In this document: positions 42,330 through 53,126 of the stretch, piece after piece | Numbering within the stretch: position 1 is the stretch's first letter | Layout: every line of letters begins with the position of its first letter | Source of the DNA: Selaginella moellendorffii | Taxonomy: Eukaryota; Plantae; Lycopodiophyta | DNA: 64,000 nt | NCBI RefSeq assembly: GCF_000143415.4 | Contig: NW_003314373.1 | Location: 62,001 to 126,000, forward strand | Direction: 5' to 3' | The notes under the pieces: generated by a model | Told to the model about the DNA's origin: nothing | Seen by the model: the letters and a program-made list of their open reading frames with translations, nothing else | The model's database searches: none | Position numbers and translations under genes: made by a program

Positions 42330-43783
42330 AAAACAATTTAAATCTTGAAAGCGCGGGGAAGACATATAGTTTGTAGATGGAACCGTGGTGTTTGTGAAAA
42401 GCTCTTCATCACTCCGGTTCCAAAGTAGAATCCTCCCACAATTTAGAGCTCTTCGTAGCAGCAGTCAGCAACCTGGAGAAATTGGTGCAACAAATGATAT
42501 CAGGAGGAAGAAAACCGGCAATGGTGACCATGACTACTTGAGGAGCTGAGGTGGAAGATAATATTAGGAAGATCAAGCTCGGCACAAGTTGCCACAGCAT
42601 TGAGGAGATGGGAAAGAAAGATGCAACTTGCTTCCATGTACAAGAACAATCCTTCCTCGCACTGGAGGTGCATTTCTTCAAAGATCTAAGAGGATGTATT
42701 TTTTTTAATTGTTATCTGTTGTGGCAAGCTTTAGCGTCCCCAGCACAAGCAAGGAGATCCTCTATGCAAATCAAAAGCTTAAGCTCAAGTTACAAAAATA
42801 TTTTAAAAATCTAAAAGCTGGGTATACTCTTTAGCTTGTCTTATCAAGTTTAGTTCCTTCAATTTTTATTATATATACAGTCAATTACTTTGAGATACAA
42901 AAGATTTTCCCTCTTGGTAAGCAATTTATATGGACTATTGGCAACTAATATGTGATTGCAAAGTACATCTTTTATTTATGGATACATTCTTTTGTTTTCA
43001 ATTGCATACAAAAACATTATGCACACAATCACATTTCTTTATGATAGTAATGAAGAGGAGCTTGATGGTGATTGAGAACACAACAAGCTCCAGGTGGTTA
43101 ACCACAAGTCACTTGAACTAGTAATTGTATCATAGGGAGATCTTAATACAACTCAAGAAGCACCAAAGGCATGTATTGTGACCATTAGAAGATCTTTCCT
43201 TAGATGGGGATTAAGTAAGATCTTTGTCAGCAAGATACTATTGAAAGCATGACAGTTACCAGCACGATCACCACCACCACAGTAATCAGAGAACTTGGAC
43301 TACTGTTCAAATCATTAGAATTCCAAAGGTGGTGGTGGTTCTTATGGAGTTTACCATGAAGAGTTTGGACTATAGCTTGAGCAAATGTGAATAAGTTATT
43401 TATTTAGATTTTAATGCAAATGTTAAATGAGCTTTTTTAATGCAAAACATTATGTATATACATGTTTTATACTATACATTACTCTAAATTAAAACAAAGC
43501 GTGTCACATTTGCATATGTTCGAGCTCCTTCTAAACCCTTGCAGCTCGCAGCTCGTTGCCACTTTGTCGTTCGCAGCTGCTTGTAGCTTGCCGCTCACCA
43601 CCACCCGTGCTTGCAGCCTGCCACTCCCCATGCCGCTTGCTACGATGGGGGACATAAATAAAAAGCTCATGGAAATTATTCTCAAAGAATATTTTGCTGG
43701 ATTAAACCCGGAAGTGTCCTAAGCATGATCGAAGGGGGACAATCATTAGTATGTTTTATTACTCTTGATTCATGAACAAACGC

Positions 43784-46037
43784 TCAGTGCTTCGTTTCCT
43801 TACCTTTAGCCATTTCCACAATCTTATTTATCAAAAGCGCCTTGTTCCTGAATGCTTTTCTCCCCGTCTCTTTCATTCCAAACTTCTCCTTAGCCATTTT
43901 CTCTAGCTCAACTCTCTCAAGCGCCAGAAGTCCAAACCCGTCGTCACAGACATCCGCATAATTAGTTTTCCAGACCCGGTTACTCGCAATCTCATGAAGT
44001 AGCTTGTAGTCTTTGGCGTTCAAGCCTGGTAAAGATCTATCATCAAACGGCTGAATGTGCTGCTGGAATGCAGGTGTTTCGTATGTGCTCCTCGACCATG
44101 ACTCCTGCATCCCTCCACTATACTCGGGCTTGGAGGAACATCCCATGAACACATAGTGGAGCTTAACGTTGTCCGCGGTCATAAACTTGTCAATGTCCGG
44201 AAACCAGGTTCGCAGATAATCCAAGCTCATAAACTGCCAACATGACTTGATGTGTTCGTCGATATTGACAGTGTACTGGAGAGCCACAATGTGGAGACGG
44301 GAATTCTCGTCCACCCAGGCCAGCACCGCATCAACGAAAGGAAAACGCACGTCCAATGGCTTGTAGAAATAACCATTGTTGGGGCTGATCTTCAACATGG
44401 TCTCGACACTGCAGGAAGGAATAATGTTGAAGTCCACCACAGTGATGTGCCCCGAGATCTTCAGCTCACCGAGCACGAGCCCCTTCTTTTGAATTACATT
44501 TGCCAGAACGTCCTCGCACAACCAGCCAAGAAATGACCAGCTCACCTCCACGTCTTCACGATCCGAGAGCCGTCTAACATACTCCATCCAAGCTCCATCC
44601 TGATAAGGCTTGATTTTCTCTTCCTTGGCACGCACCACCCTCGTGTAAATTCTCTCGATAAAGCTGGAGCAGTAGACTCCCCTAACAGGATCCAGCACGT
44701 AAGTTGCGTCGAGACATGCCATGGCAGCGGCATCAGGGCATTCGCCTTCAAGCCGAATAGCTTCCGCCTTCTTGCGAACGCTTGAAATCTCACGGTGCTG
44801 GGCAAACCTCAGGAGAACTTTGTCCCAGTAGTCATCCTCGCTAAGCAGCTCCACCATCTGTTCTTCACTTGGTTCCAAGGGTGCTGCTAAGCCGACACTT
44901 TGCCGGAGGCTGGCACAACTTGTGGTCTCCGAGTCCAGCAAATCCCGCGTGACTTGGCCACAGCACTCGCATAGAGCCTCCAGAAAAAGGGGCACGAGCC
45001 CAGTGTGGTATTCGATGCTTTGCAATCGACCCTCAAGCTTTCCAAGCACACACCTGGATGCGTACGTGCTGAACTCAGGCTGGTCATAGGACGTTATCAG
45101 TTAGATGGACAATAGTATTAGTACCAAAGCTTACCAAGCTGAAGCCCCTGTCTACATACGCAAACAGCTCAAGACGTAGAGTAATAGAGTACGGATAATC
45201 ATGCACAATGCGGGATTTCGGGCCGGTACACCACCATACCCTCTCCCCAGTTCGCAACAGCCGGTCCAAATTCTCAGAAACGCTACTCTTCCGCCCGGAG
45301 TCGTAAGCCGGTCCCTGAAAGAAGTCCAAAGGGTCCAGCTTCTCGCCGCCATCCACGAAGAAGTAAAACTCCTCCTGCTGCTGCTGCTTACGGGCCTCCA
45401 CAAATTCAGTAACATTTGTCACGGAAGAAAGCTTTTGAATAGCACATATCACGGTGTCCGAGCCCTCCGCCAGAAATGAAAACAGCAAACTGTTTCTCAT
45501 CGCTTCAGTTTCAGCAATCGAGAGCGTCTCACCCACAAGGTAGACTAGCCGCTTCTTCTTCACGTTACCGTGAGGCAGTGCTGAGGCTGGAGCAATTGGG
45601 CCGGCATTGGTGTTGTCGGCATGAACCCAGCCAAAGAGTATGCAGTAAAGCGCCCTGAAGTCGGACGACTTTCCTACGCCCCTGGGCCCATAGATCACGT
45701 AGTTATAATCGGACTCGTACCACCGAATGAGGAGTTCTCGTACAGTCGTTCTACCCACGAAGTTGAGAACTACTTCCGGCCTCGTACACGCACGACCTAC
45801 ACCAGGATACGGCAGGGCTGTCGATGTGCTCGGATCCGTGAGATCACTGTCCTTAAGCTTCAAAAGATCTTCAATCGCAGCTTTGGCCTCTTCAAGTGAA
45901 ATTGAATCACCGTTCGGCATAGCGCCAACCAAAACCCTAAGCCTTAATCCGGCAGCCCAATCGGAGCCGTCGGATCTAGGCAAATATCGTTTTTTCCATC
46001 GTGCGTTATTTTGAAAAATCTTGGGCCGCTGATCCAT
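43784..46037 (-). CDS. P-loop NTPase plus PD-(D/E)xK-like (REase-fold) protein, Crinkler/RHS-type architecture; 2 exons (46037-45135, 45079-43784), ~732 aa
   Basis: Walker A YGPRGVGKS, Walker B-like FYFFVDG, and REase-like YKPLDVRFPFVDAV...ALQYTV...H. A phase-0 intron GTAAGC...CTAAC...CAG at 45134-45080 fuses the two ORFs. Confidence 0.7.
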
Positions 46038-47176
46038 GCTGCCGTTGTGCTCCTCCCGTTTCTCATCGCGGCTTGCAAGGGCTATAGTTGATAAATATTT
46101 CCATCAACAAAATATGGTTGACAAAATATCACCATCCAATCATGTTAAAAAGTGACTGTAAAACTCCTTGTTATGTTTTCTTTCTACACAAACATTGTTA
46201 AGGGAAATGCTCTGCAAATGAAAAGACTTTAAAGGGAAAAGAAAACTCCTCTCTTCCTTCTCGTCCAAGCCAAATGAGAGACACCATTGGTACTTGATTG
46301 TTAATGTCTAGAGTTTCACTATATCAACATGTAATTGTGTTATAGAACTTTGTAGCTCCTAGATTCCAGAGATTTATTCTTTCTTCTTTTAAATTTTAGC
46401 TCCTCTCTCAGCTAATATAAATGTCCGAGTTCACCTGTAAAGACGCAATTCAGCTCTGGCACATTCATTGCAAGAGCTTGGTGATGGGCACCGTTTTTTG
46501 GAGTATACGTTATGATGTCTGCATGATCATGAGCAGATGATCTGTGGCAATGTGCTGGGAAAGGTCACAATCCAAGCTAAATAAAATTAAGAAAATCGAT
46601 GGTTCCAATCGTCAAACAAAAGCTCACCACAGTCTCCAGCGAGCTTTAGGTTGCAATCCCACGTCCTAGTGTGTCCAGGATGCCCAACCGTCTTTGAAAA
46701 ATTACAATGGATTTACGCTGCTTCCAGCAAAGAAGATTGCCGCATGATAAACTTAACAGCTTTTATTCATCCCATTTGACAGAATCTTTCGGTGGAAGGG
46801 AAGAAAAAAACTGGTCTGCTGCAGCCTTGGCTGCTCCAGGCCCTGGCCAGCGATCGGCCACGAGCCTGCCATCCGACGGCCATGAATATTTTAATGCTTA
46901 CGGAAAATTTGATAGATATTCTTGTGCTTCTTGATATTATTTAGGGTTCTTGGGCGCATCGAAATGGCACTGGACTTCTCGGGTATTTCTGTGCCGAAGG
47001 TTTCTATAATTGCGGTATTCTTGGTCCCCGCGTGGAGCATACTTACCAAGAAAACTCACAAACGTTCCAAATGCATAAACCCAAATGCGTTTGCAAACGA
47101 GGAAACTTATTCCATCACGTGACCCTCGGTGATATGGTTTTCAAAAGACCCTTTGAGAGTCGTTTGAGTTTCAGAT

Positions 47177-48596
47177 TGGAGTTTTTGACAGGATGTGCAC
47201 GACGTGATTCCGTGGACCACACTGCTACTGTAACAATGGTGAAGAGGAAGCACTGGAGCTGATTTCAAGAATGCTGCAAGATCCTGGAAGGTGTTCTCCG
47301 AATGCGCGAACGTTTGTTACAGCATTTAAGGCCTGTACAGCCTTGGTAGCAAAAGAAGATGGCCAGGTAGTCGCAGGAAAGCTGGTGAAGATGGTTTCAC
47401 TGGAAAGTGGGACAGCTCTTCACGTCGAAGCAGCAAATTCCGGCTTTGCCTTGGACCTTTTCGTGAGCAACACTCACGCGAAGTGTGGTGCTCTTGTGTT
47501 TTCAAGAGCATCAAACTCCAGGCGCCGGCATCATACAACGCACTGATGCTGGGATATGTCAACAGTGGTGAGGCCGAAGAAGCTCTGACGTTTTTGAAAG
47601 AATGAGCTGCGACCAGGTGTGTGAACTTATGTGGCTTCTCTCAAGGCGTGCAGCATCCTCGCATCCAGGGAACAGGGCAAAAAAATCAGTGGCAAGCTTG
47701 TCAAAGGCGGAGTCACTCGGAAAGGCCAGAGCTCGGGCTGTGAAAGGTGGATTCTTTCTGGACTTGTTCATGGCCAACACTCTGATCGACGTCTTCGCAA
47801 AGTGCGGTGACTTGGAAGAGGCTCGCAGGATCTTCTACTCGATGAAGCAGCAGGACGTGGTATCGTGGAACGTCTTGATGCTCGGCCTGGCCGAGAGAGA
47901 CCATCTCGAGCTCTTCGAGGAGATGGAGTCATAGGATCAGTGTAATCCCGACTCCAGGACTTACGTCGCAGCTCTCAAGGGTTATGTGAGCGTCGGGGTC
48001 TTAGAGACGGGACGAGCTCTCCACAATGTCATCCGCAAGCTCGTAATGGGATCCTCGCTCGCAAACAGCCTGGTGGATTTCTACGGCTGATGCGGGAGCA
48101 TGAGTGAAGCTCGCGAGGCTTTCGACTCCATCAAAGCTCCCAAAGACGTGGTGGCTTGGAACTTGCTGCTCGCCGGTTATGGCAGGCAAGGTGGTGGAAA
48201 CAATGCAACAGGCACGATGACGTGTTCTCGCAAATGCGAGAGTGAGGAGTGAAGCCAGTCGGGATCAATTACCTCTGCCTTCTCACGGTTTGCAGCCACG
48301 CCGGTTTGATCGACGAGGGACAGCGGCTCTCCGACGAGATATGGAGCAAGAACGGGATCAAACCGGGGCTGGAGCGCTACCACTGCTTGATCGATGCTCT
48401 TGGGCAAGCGAACCGGATCGAGGAAGCACTGGCTATGGCAGACAGGATGCCTCACACTGCGAACTGCGTCACATGAACGATGGTCTTTTGCCACAAGTGG
48501 AAGAACTCGTGAGTGGGAAGGATTTCTTACGACGCGCTCCAGCGGCTGGATTGCAAAGAATCCGCCGCATACGTGCTCATGGGCAACACACTGTAG
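47177..48596 (+). pseudogene. Frameshifted partial duplicate of the PPR gene at 39531-42329 (copy of ~40829-42329)
   Basis: Collinear near-identical text (MLQDPGRCSPNARTFV, IFYSMKQ.DVVSWNVLMLGLAERD, HCLIDALG.ANRIEEAL) broken by indels and stop codons. Confidence 0.93.
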
Positions 48597-49075
48597 AAAA
48601 AAATTTAAATCTTGAAAGCCCGGGAAAGAAACTCAAAAGGATATCGGCTTATAAGTTCTCCAGGTTGCTGACTGCTGCTGCAAAGAGTTCTATATTGTGG
48701 GAGGATTTTACTTTGAAACCGGGGAAGCCAGGACAAAAGTACAAGTCTCCGGGGTGTGCATTGCTGTGAAACCATAGAGGATTTGATTGGCTGGAGTTGC
48801 CCCCAAATCAAATCTGGACCAACAGAGTTAAGTTAACAAAGGAAGACTGAAGATTGTGTATGAGAACATCTTTATAACCTTCTACTTGTTCCAGTTGCTT
48901 GGTCTCCTCTTTTGATGAAGAGCTCTCTTTCTGCTGAGCACAAGCCCTTGACTTAAGAGATGTTGGGTGGTGTTGCTTGCATTCACGGACCATTTGCTCA
49001 TGGCAATCCACCTCTCCACCAGTCATAGGCCAGGGACTCACTGTGAACTCCCCTTGACTGCCCACAGTTAAAAGC

Positions 49076-50891
49076 TGTAAGTGACTAAATTTTCTATTTT
49101 ACTTTAGTCACTTAATCGCACCTCCGACCACTTGGAGGAGTTTCACTCACAACTTTCGTAAGTCTTATTTTGGACTTGGGTTTACTAGCCCCGAGAATGG
49201 TATCCCCGCCACTCAACTTCATGCACTTGGTCTAAGTGCTCCACGTGTCTGATCCCATGACCGACATCCCAAGGTACCACTGACATATCAGCCTGTTACG
49301 TTAAGGCCATGCCCCTTTACCTTGGTCACACCAGTGGTCTAACACCACCTGCATCACAGTCCCATCTCTCAAGGACTGGGCCATCCGTCCATGAGTGATC
49401 ATTCCAGATCCACTCCGCATCCTTAGGATGCCCACAGACATGGGGAATAGCCTTCCCTAATATCCCTTTTCCGGTCTTCATCAAATCCCTTTTTGCCCAT
49501 GGCCGTATTTGCCAACACTACCACTAGATCGAGGCCCACAGGCCCGACCACTAAATCCCACGGTCCTCTGGGACTTCCTCACCACTTGACTGTATCCTTG
49601 GTCACTACACCAGAGGACTACTCCTCTTCCTTTCCACAGTCTGGGCCTTTGGGACAACATTTCGGAATACTGTGGCCTTACGCGAGCCCCGTGGGTACTC
49701 TCCCCACCTTCCGCCTTTAGGTGCTCTAGCCATGGGCTTAGAGCAAGGTTCCGTTGAGCCACACCAGGTATCCAAGTAGGTAGTGCCACCCACACTTGGA
49801 CTGGGAGCATCGGCCAGTCGATCTCTCGGGGGAATTAGAGCCGGCTCTTGAACACTTCACCAAGCTACCCCGCTTGTCGGTCCGTATTTACTTTAGTCTT
49901 GGACTTCCCAGTGGTCAATTCATCACCCAACATTGGGTTTGGCCTTCCTAGGCCAAACTGGCCTTTCCTGGCTAAACTGGCTCCACTGCAGTCCTCCCCC
50001 TTACTATACTTTTGGAGCTCACCAAACCTCCCAGGGTCTAGGAGACGAACGCTTTGGGCTTTCACCCTCTCAGACTCGAACTCGGACTCGGACTCGGACT
50101 TGGACTCGGACTCGGACTCGGACTCGGACTCGGACTCGGACTCGGACTCGGACTCGGACTCGGTCTCGGTCCCAATCTCGGTCTCGGTCTCGGTCTTGGT
50201 CCTGGTCTCGGTCTCGGTCTCGGTCTCGGTCCCAGTCTCGGTCTTAACCTCGGACTCCATCTCGGGTCCTTCTCGGACTCCATCTCGGATTCCATCTCGG
50301 GTCCATCTCGGACTCCATCTCAGTCCATCTCGGACTCCATCTCAGACTCCGTCTTGGTCCACCTCGGACTCCGTCTCGGTCTCCATCTCGGACTCCGTCT
50401 CGGTCCATCTCGGACTCCATCTCGGACTCCGTCTCAGTCCACCTCGGACTCCACCTCGGACTCCACCTCGGACTCCATCTCGGACTCCATATCGGACTCC
50501 GTCCTAGTCCACCTCGAACTCCATTTCGGACTCCGTCTCGGTCCATCTTGGACTCTATCTCAGACTTTGTCTCGGTCCACCTCGGACTCCACCTCGGACT
50601 CCACCTCGAACTCCATCTCAGACTCCATATCGGACTCTGTCTCGGTCCATCTCGGACTCCGTCTCGGAGTCAATCTTGGACACTTCCACGTGTCATGTGT
50701 TGGTCCTTTTTGGGTCCCTTTTTGGAGCCTTGCTTATTGGTTTCCTTGTGCTTGCTTCCACTCCCGCTCTCAACCTTCCAAGTCAGAGCTTTTAGTCCAA
50801 ACGTGTTATGCTTGTTTGGCTTTCGCTTCGGCCACTACCACATGGCGCCCTTCCGGCTCCACTTTGGGGCCTAGGGATTTTGTGTCTCACA
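49076..50891 (-). repeat. 3' LTR of the outer element
   Basis: TGTAAG...CTCACA termini; direct repeat of 55724-57486. Confidence 0.88.
50070..50670. repeat. LTR-internal tandem array: (GACTCG)n, then (GTCTCG)n, then degenerate CTCGGACTCCAT 12-mers and related 9-mers
   Basis: Read directly. It generates the spurious SE/GL/RT low-complexity ORFs. Confidence 0.95.
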
Positions 50892-52348
50892 ACTCCACCA
50901 CCCATAGACGAAGTTCAATGTCCTCATCGAACGGTAAACCCTTTTATAAAGTAACACCCGCATGTATTACCAGTCCCATCCTTAGCATCCAGCTAATATT
51001 TGTCTATGGTTTGACACCAAAGGCGCACCATGCCTTGTCCATCTTCTAAGGAGCATAGTCTCTCCAACATATAGACTCATTCGACCACCTAGGGTGGTTT
51101 GCTCCCTTTTATTGGTTCAGTTCTCGCTAAACCCGTTAGAGGCTCCCTCTCTAACTCAATTCCACTACTCATTCTCGAGTAGTTTCAGATTCCATTGACA
51201 TAACTTTGCACTTTGGAACTTTTAGTTTTTACTTCTCAGAGTCAATTTCCTAGGTGTCTTCGACACCTTATGTTGCACATGGTGCAACTCCACTTCTCTA
51301 TCCTAGGAAGTTCTTTACTTGTGGATACTATCATCCTCTCTTCGATATCGTGCCACCTTTGACACTAAGTTTCAGTTATCATAATTGGTGCTAGGGCTGC
51401 CCTATTATTTGGCTACTTTTCCACTTCACCAAATTGGAGCGGTTGGGAATCCACCTTAGGGAAACTTGCCCTTCCCACATTCCGTTAGCACCTAACACAT
51501 TAGTGTTCTCGGCCTAACTTTGCCATTTGGATTCTTTCCCAGGATTCCCATGGCTCTTTTCTTAGCCACTACTTTTTTGCTCCTATCCTTGATTGTTGCA
51601 CCCAGCAACATAGGATCACTACCTCCATTTTCAAGGTTTCCTTTCAGTTCCATAGTAAACATTTTGCTTTGCTAAGTCTAGAGGATGTTCACCCTTAATA
51701 CGTCTCTTTAACATTTTCTGCTATGGGCTCTATCCACAGCCCAACTTTTGAGATCTTTTCTTGGATCTCTTATAAAGATTACCTTCCTCGGAGTTACTAT
51801 GCCCCAGCATTGACATAGCTCATTTCCCTTAGGTGTTCTTCCCACTTGGTCACCTTGACCAAACCACACCATTATCAATAGTTCAAATCAACACTTTGAA
51901 CTAGGAATCATATTCCTTAACCCAAACAAAGACCTTGTCCTTGTTTAGCCACAAGATCATTTGGTGATCTCATCTTAACCCTTTAATAGGTCTACCCATA
52001 GGAACTAGGTCTTCTAGACCCCTCTATGTTGTTGACTATAACCCCGGAGGCATCCCCCACACTTGGCGGTGCGCCCAAGCCAGCCCTTTCGGCCAAGGAT
52101 CCATAGCAACTGAGACTGAGTGTCCCCATCTCATTCACCACGTCCTTGGTGCCCTTTGCACCAAAGTGTTCAAGTTAGATATGCCGAGCTTTCACTCTAA
52201 ACAATCTAACCATGCATCACGACTCCGAGGCATCCCTCGTTTGGCGGTGTGCCCAAATCAGTCTCCTCACTGAGAGTCCATGACCACCGAAAAATGAGTG
52301 TCCTCATATTCCAAACCATCACCATGCCCTAGTGATTTGGGACTCGAA

Positions 52349-53126
52349 TGTAAGCTCCTAAGTTTGGACTTCTCGGGAGGTCACCCAGCCCAATACTATT
52401 CAAACCCAAGGATGCTTAACCCCAAGTATCCCAAGACCCTTAACTGATTGGAAAAGGGGCCCTTTCCCTCTATATTTAAACCCCTATGGATCGTCTCTCG
52501 AATCGTTCCCTTTGGTTGCTTACAATCCACCACGCTTCCCTGCAAGTTCACGCCCTCGTGAACGGAAGCTGAGAGCCGTAGCTCTCCCGAGAGCCCCGCT
52601 CTCTTGACACCCTACCCCTTGGGTCGAGCCCAGTGGGAGCAAACTGGACCAACCAGATGTCAATCAACATGTGGTGTGATTCCCCTAATGTGGTGTGATT
52701 CCCCTAGCCAACCAACAGAGTCGGACCCAAGACCCTGCTCCGATACCAAATGTAAGCTCCTGAGTTTGGACTTCCCGGGAGGTCACCCAGCCCAGTACTA
52801 TTCAAACCCAGGGACGCTTAACCCCAAGTATCCCAAGACCTTTAACCGATTGGAAAAGGGGTGCACTCTTGTTCATGGGCCCTTTCCACCGATATATCAG
52901 CCTGTTACACTAAGGCCATGCCCCTTTACCTTGGGGTGTCGGTCATGGGATCGGACACGTGGAGCACTTGGATCAAGTGCAAAGGTTGAATGGCGGGAAT
53001 GCCATTCTCGGGGCTAGCAAGCCCAAGTCTGAAATAGGACTTATGGAGGTTGTGAGTGAGACTCCTCCAAGTGGTTGGAGGTGTGGTTAAGTGACTAAAG
53101 TAGAATGAAAAATTTAGTTGCTTACA
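52349..53126 (-). mobile_element. Cassandra-like TRIM (non-autonomous LTR element with 5S rRNA-derived LTR core) nested in the outer element
   Basis: LTRs 52349-52524 and 52751-53126 both run TGTAAGC...GCTTACA. The PBS is TGGTATCGGAGC (52748-52737), a PPT lies at ~52526-52540, and the non-coding interior is ~226 bp. Both LTRs contain a 5S-like core. The flanks TCGAA/TTAAA are a probable decayed TSD. Confidence 0.85.
52768..52823 (-). promoter_or_regulatory. 5S rRNA-like internal Pol III control region (A-box, IE, C-box) in the TRIM LTR; second copy ~52366-52421
   Basis: The minus strand reads GGTTAAGCGTCCCTGGGTTTGAATAGTACTGGGCTGGGTGACCTCCCGGGAAGTCC, compared with the plant 5S pattern AGTTAAGCG...TAGTACT.GGATGGGTGACCTCCCGGGAAGTCC. 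Confidence 0.85.

Noticed and set aside
42480-43730. Short ORFs between the PPR gene and the NTPase-nuclease gene (also 46700-47170)
   Set aside because: They have no recognisable domain or consistent splice structure. They may be decayed gene fragments but cannot be supported.
50070-50670. Repeat array considered as CRISPR-like
   Set aside because: It has no unique spacers and is simple tandem 6-12-mers in a eukaryotic LTR.
49848-51049. Long ORFs with SE, GL, RT and SP dipeptide repeats (also 56444-57492)
   Set aside because: They are artefacts of the stop-free hexamer array inside the LTRs and occur in several frames on both strands.
52366-52823. 5S rRNA genes
   Set aside because: Only the ~56-bp internal control region is present, the 5' half of 5S is missing, and both copies sit inside LTRs.
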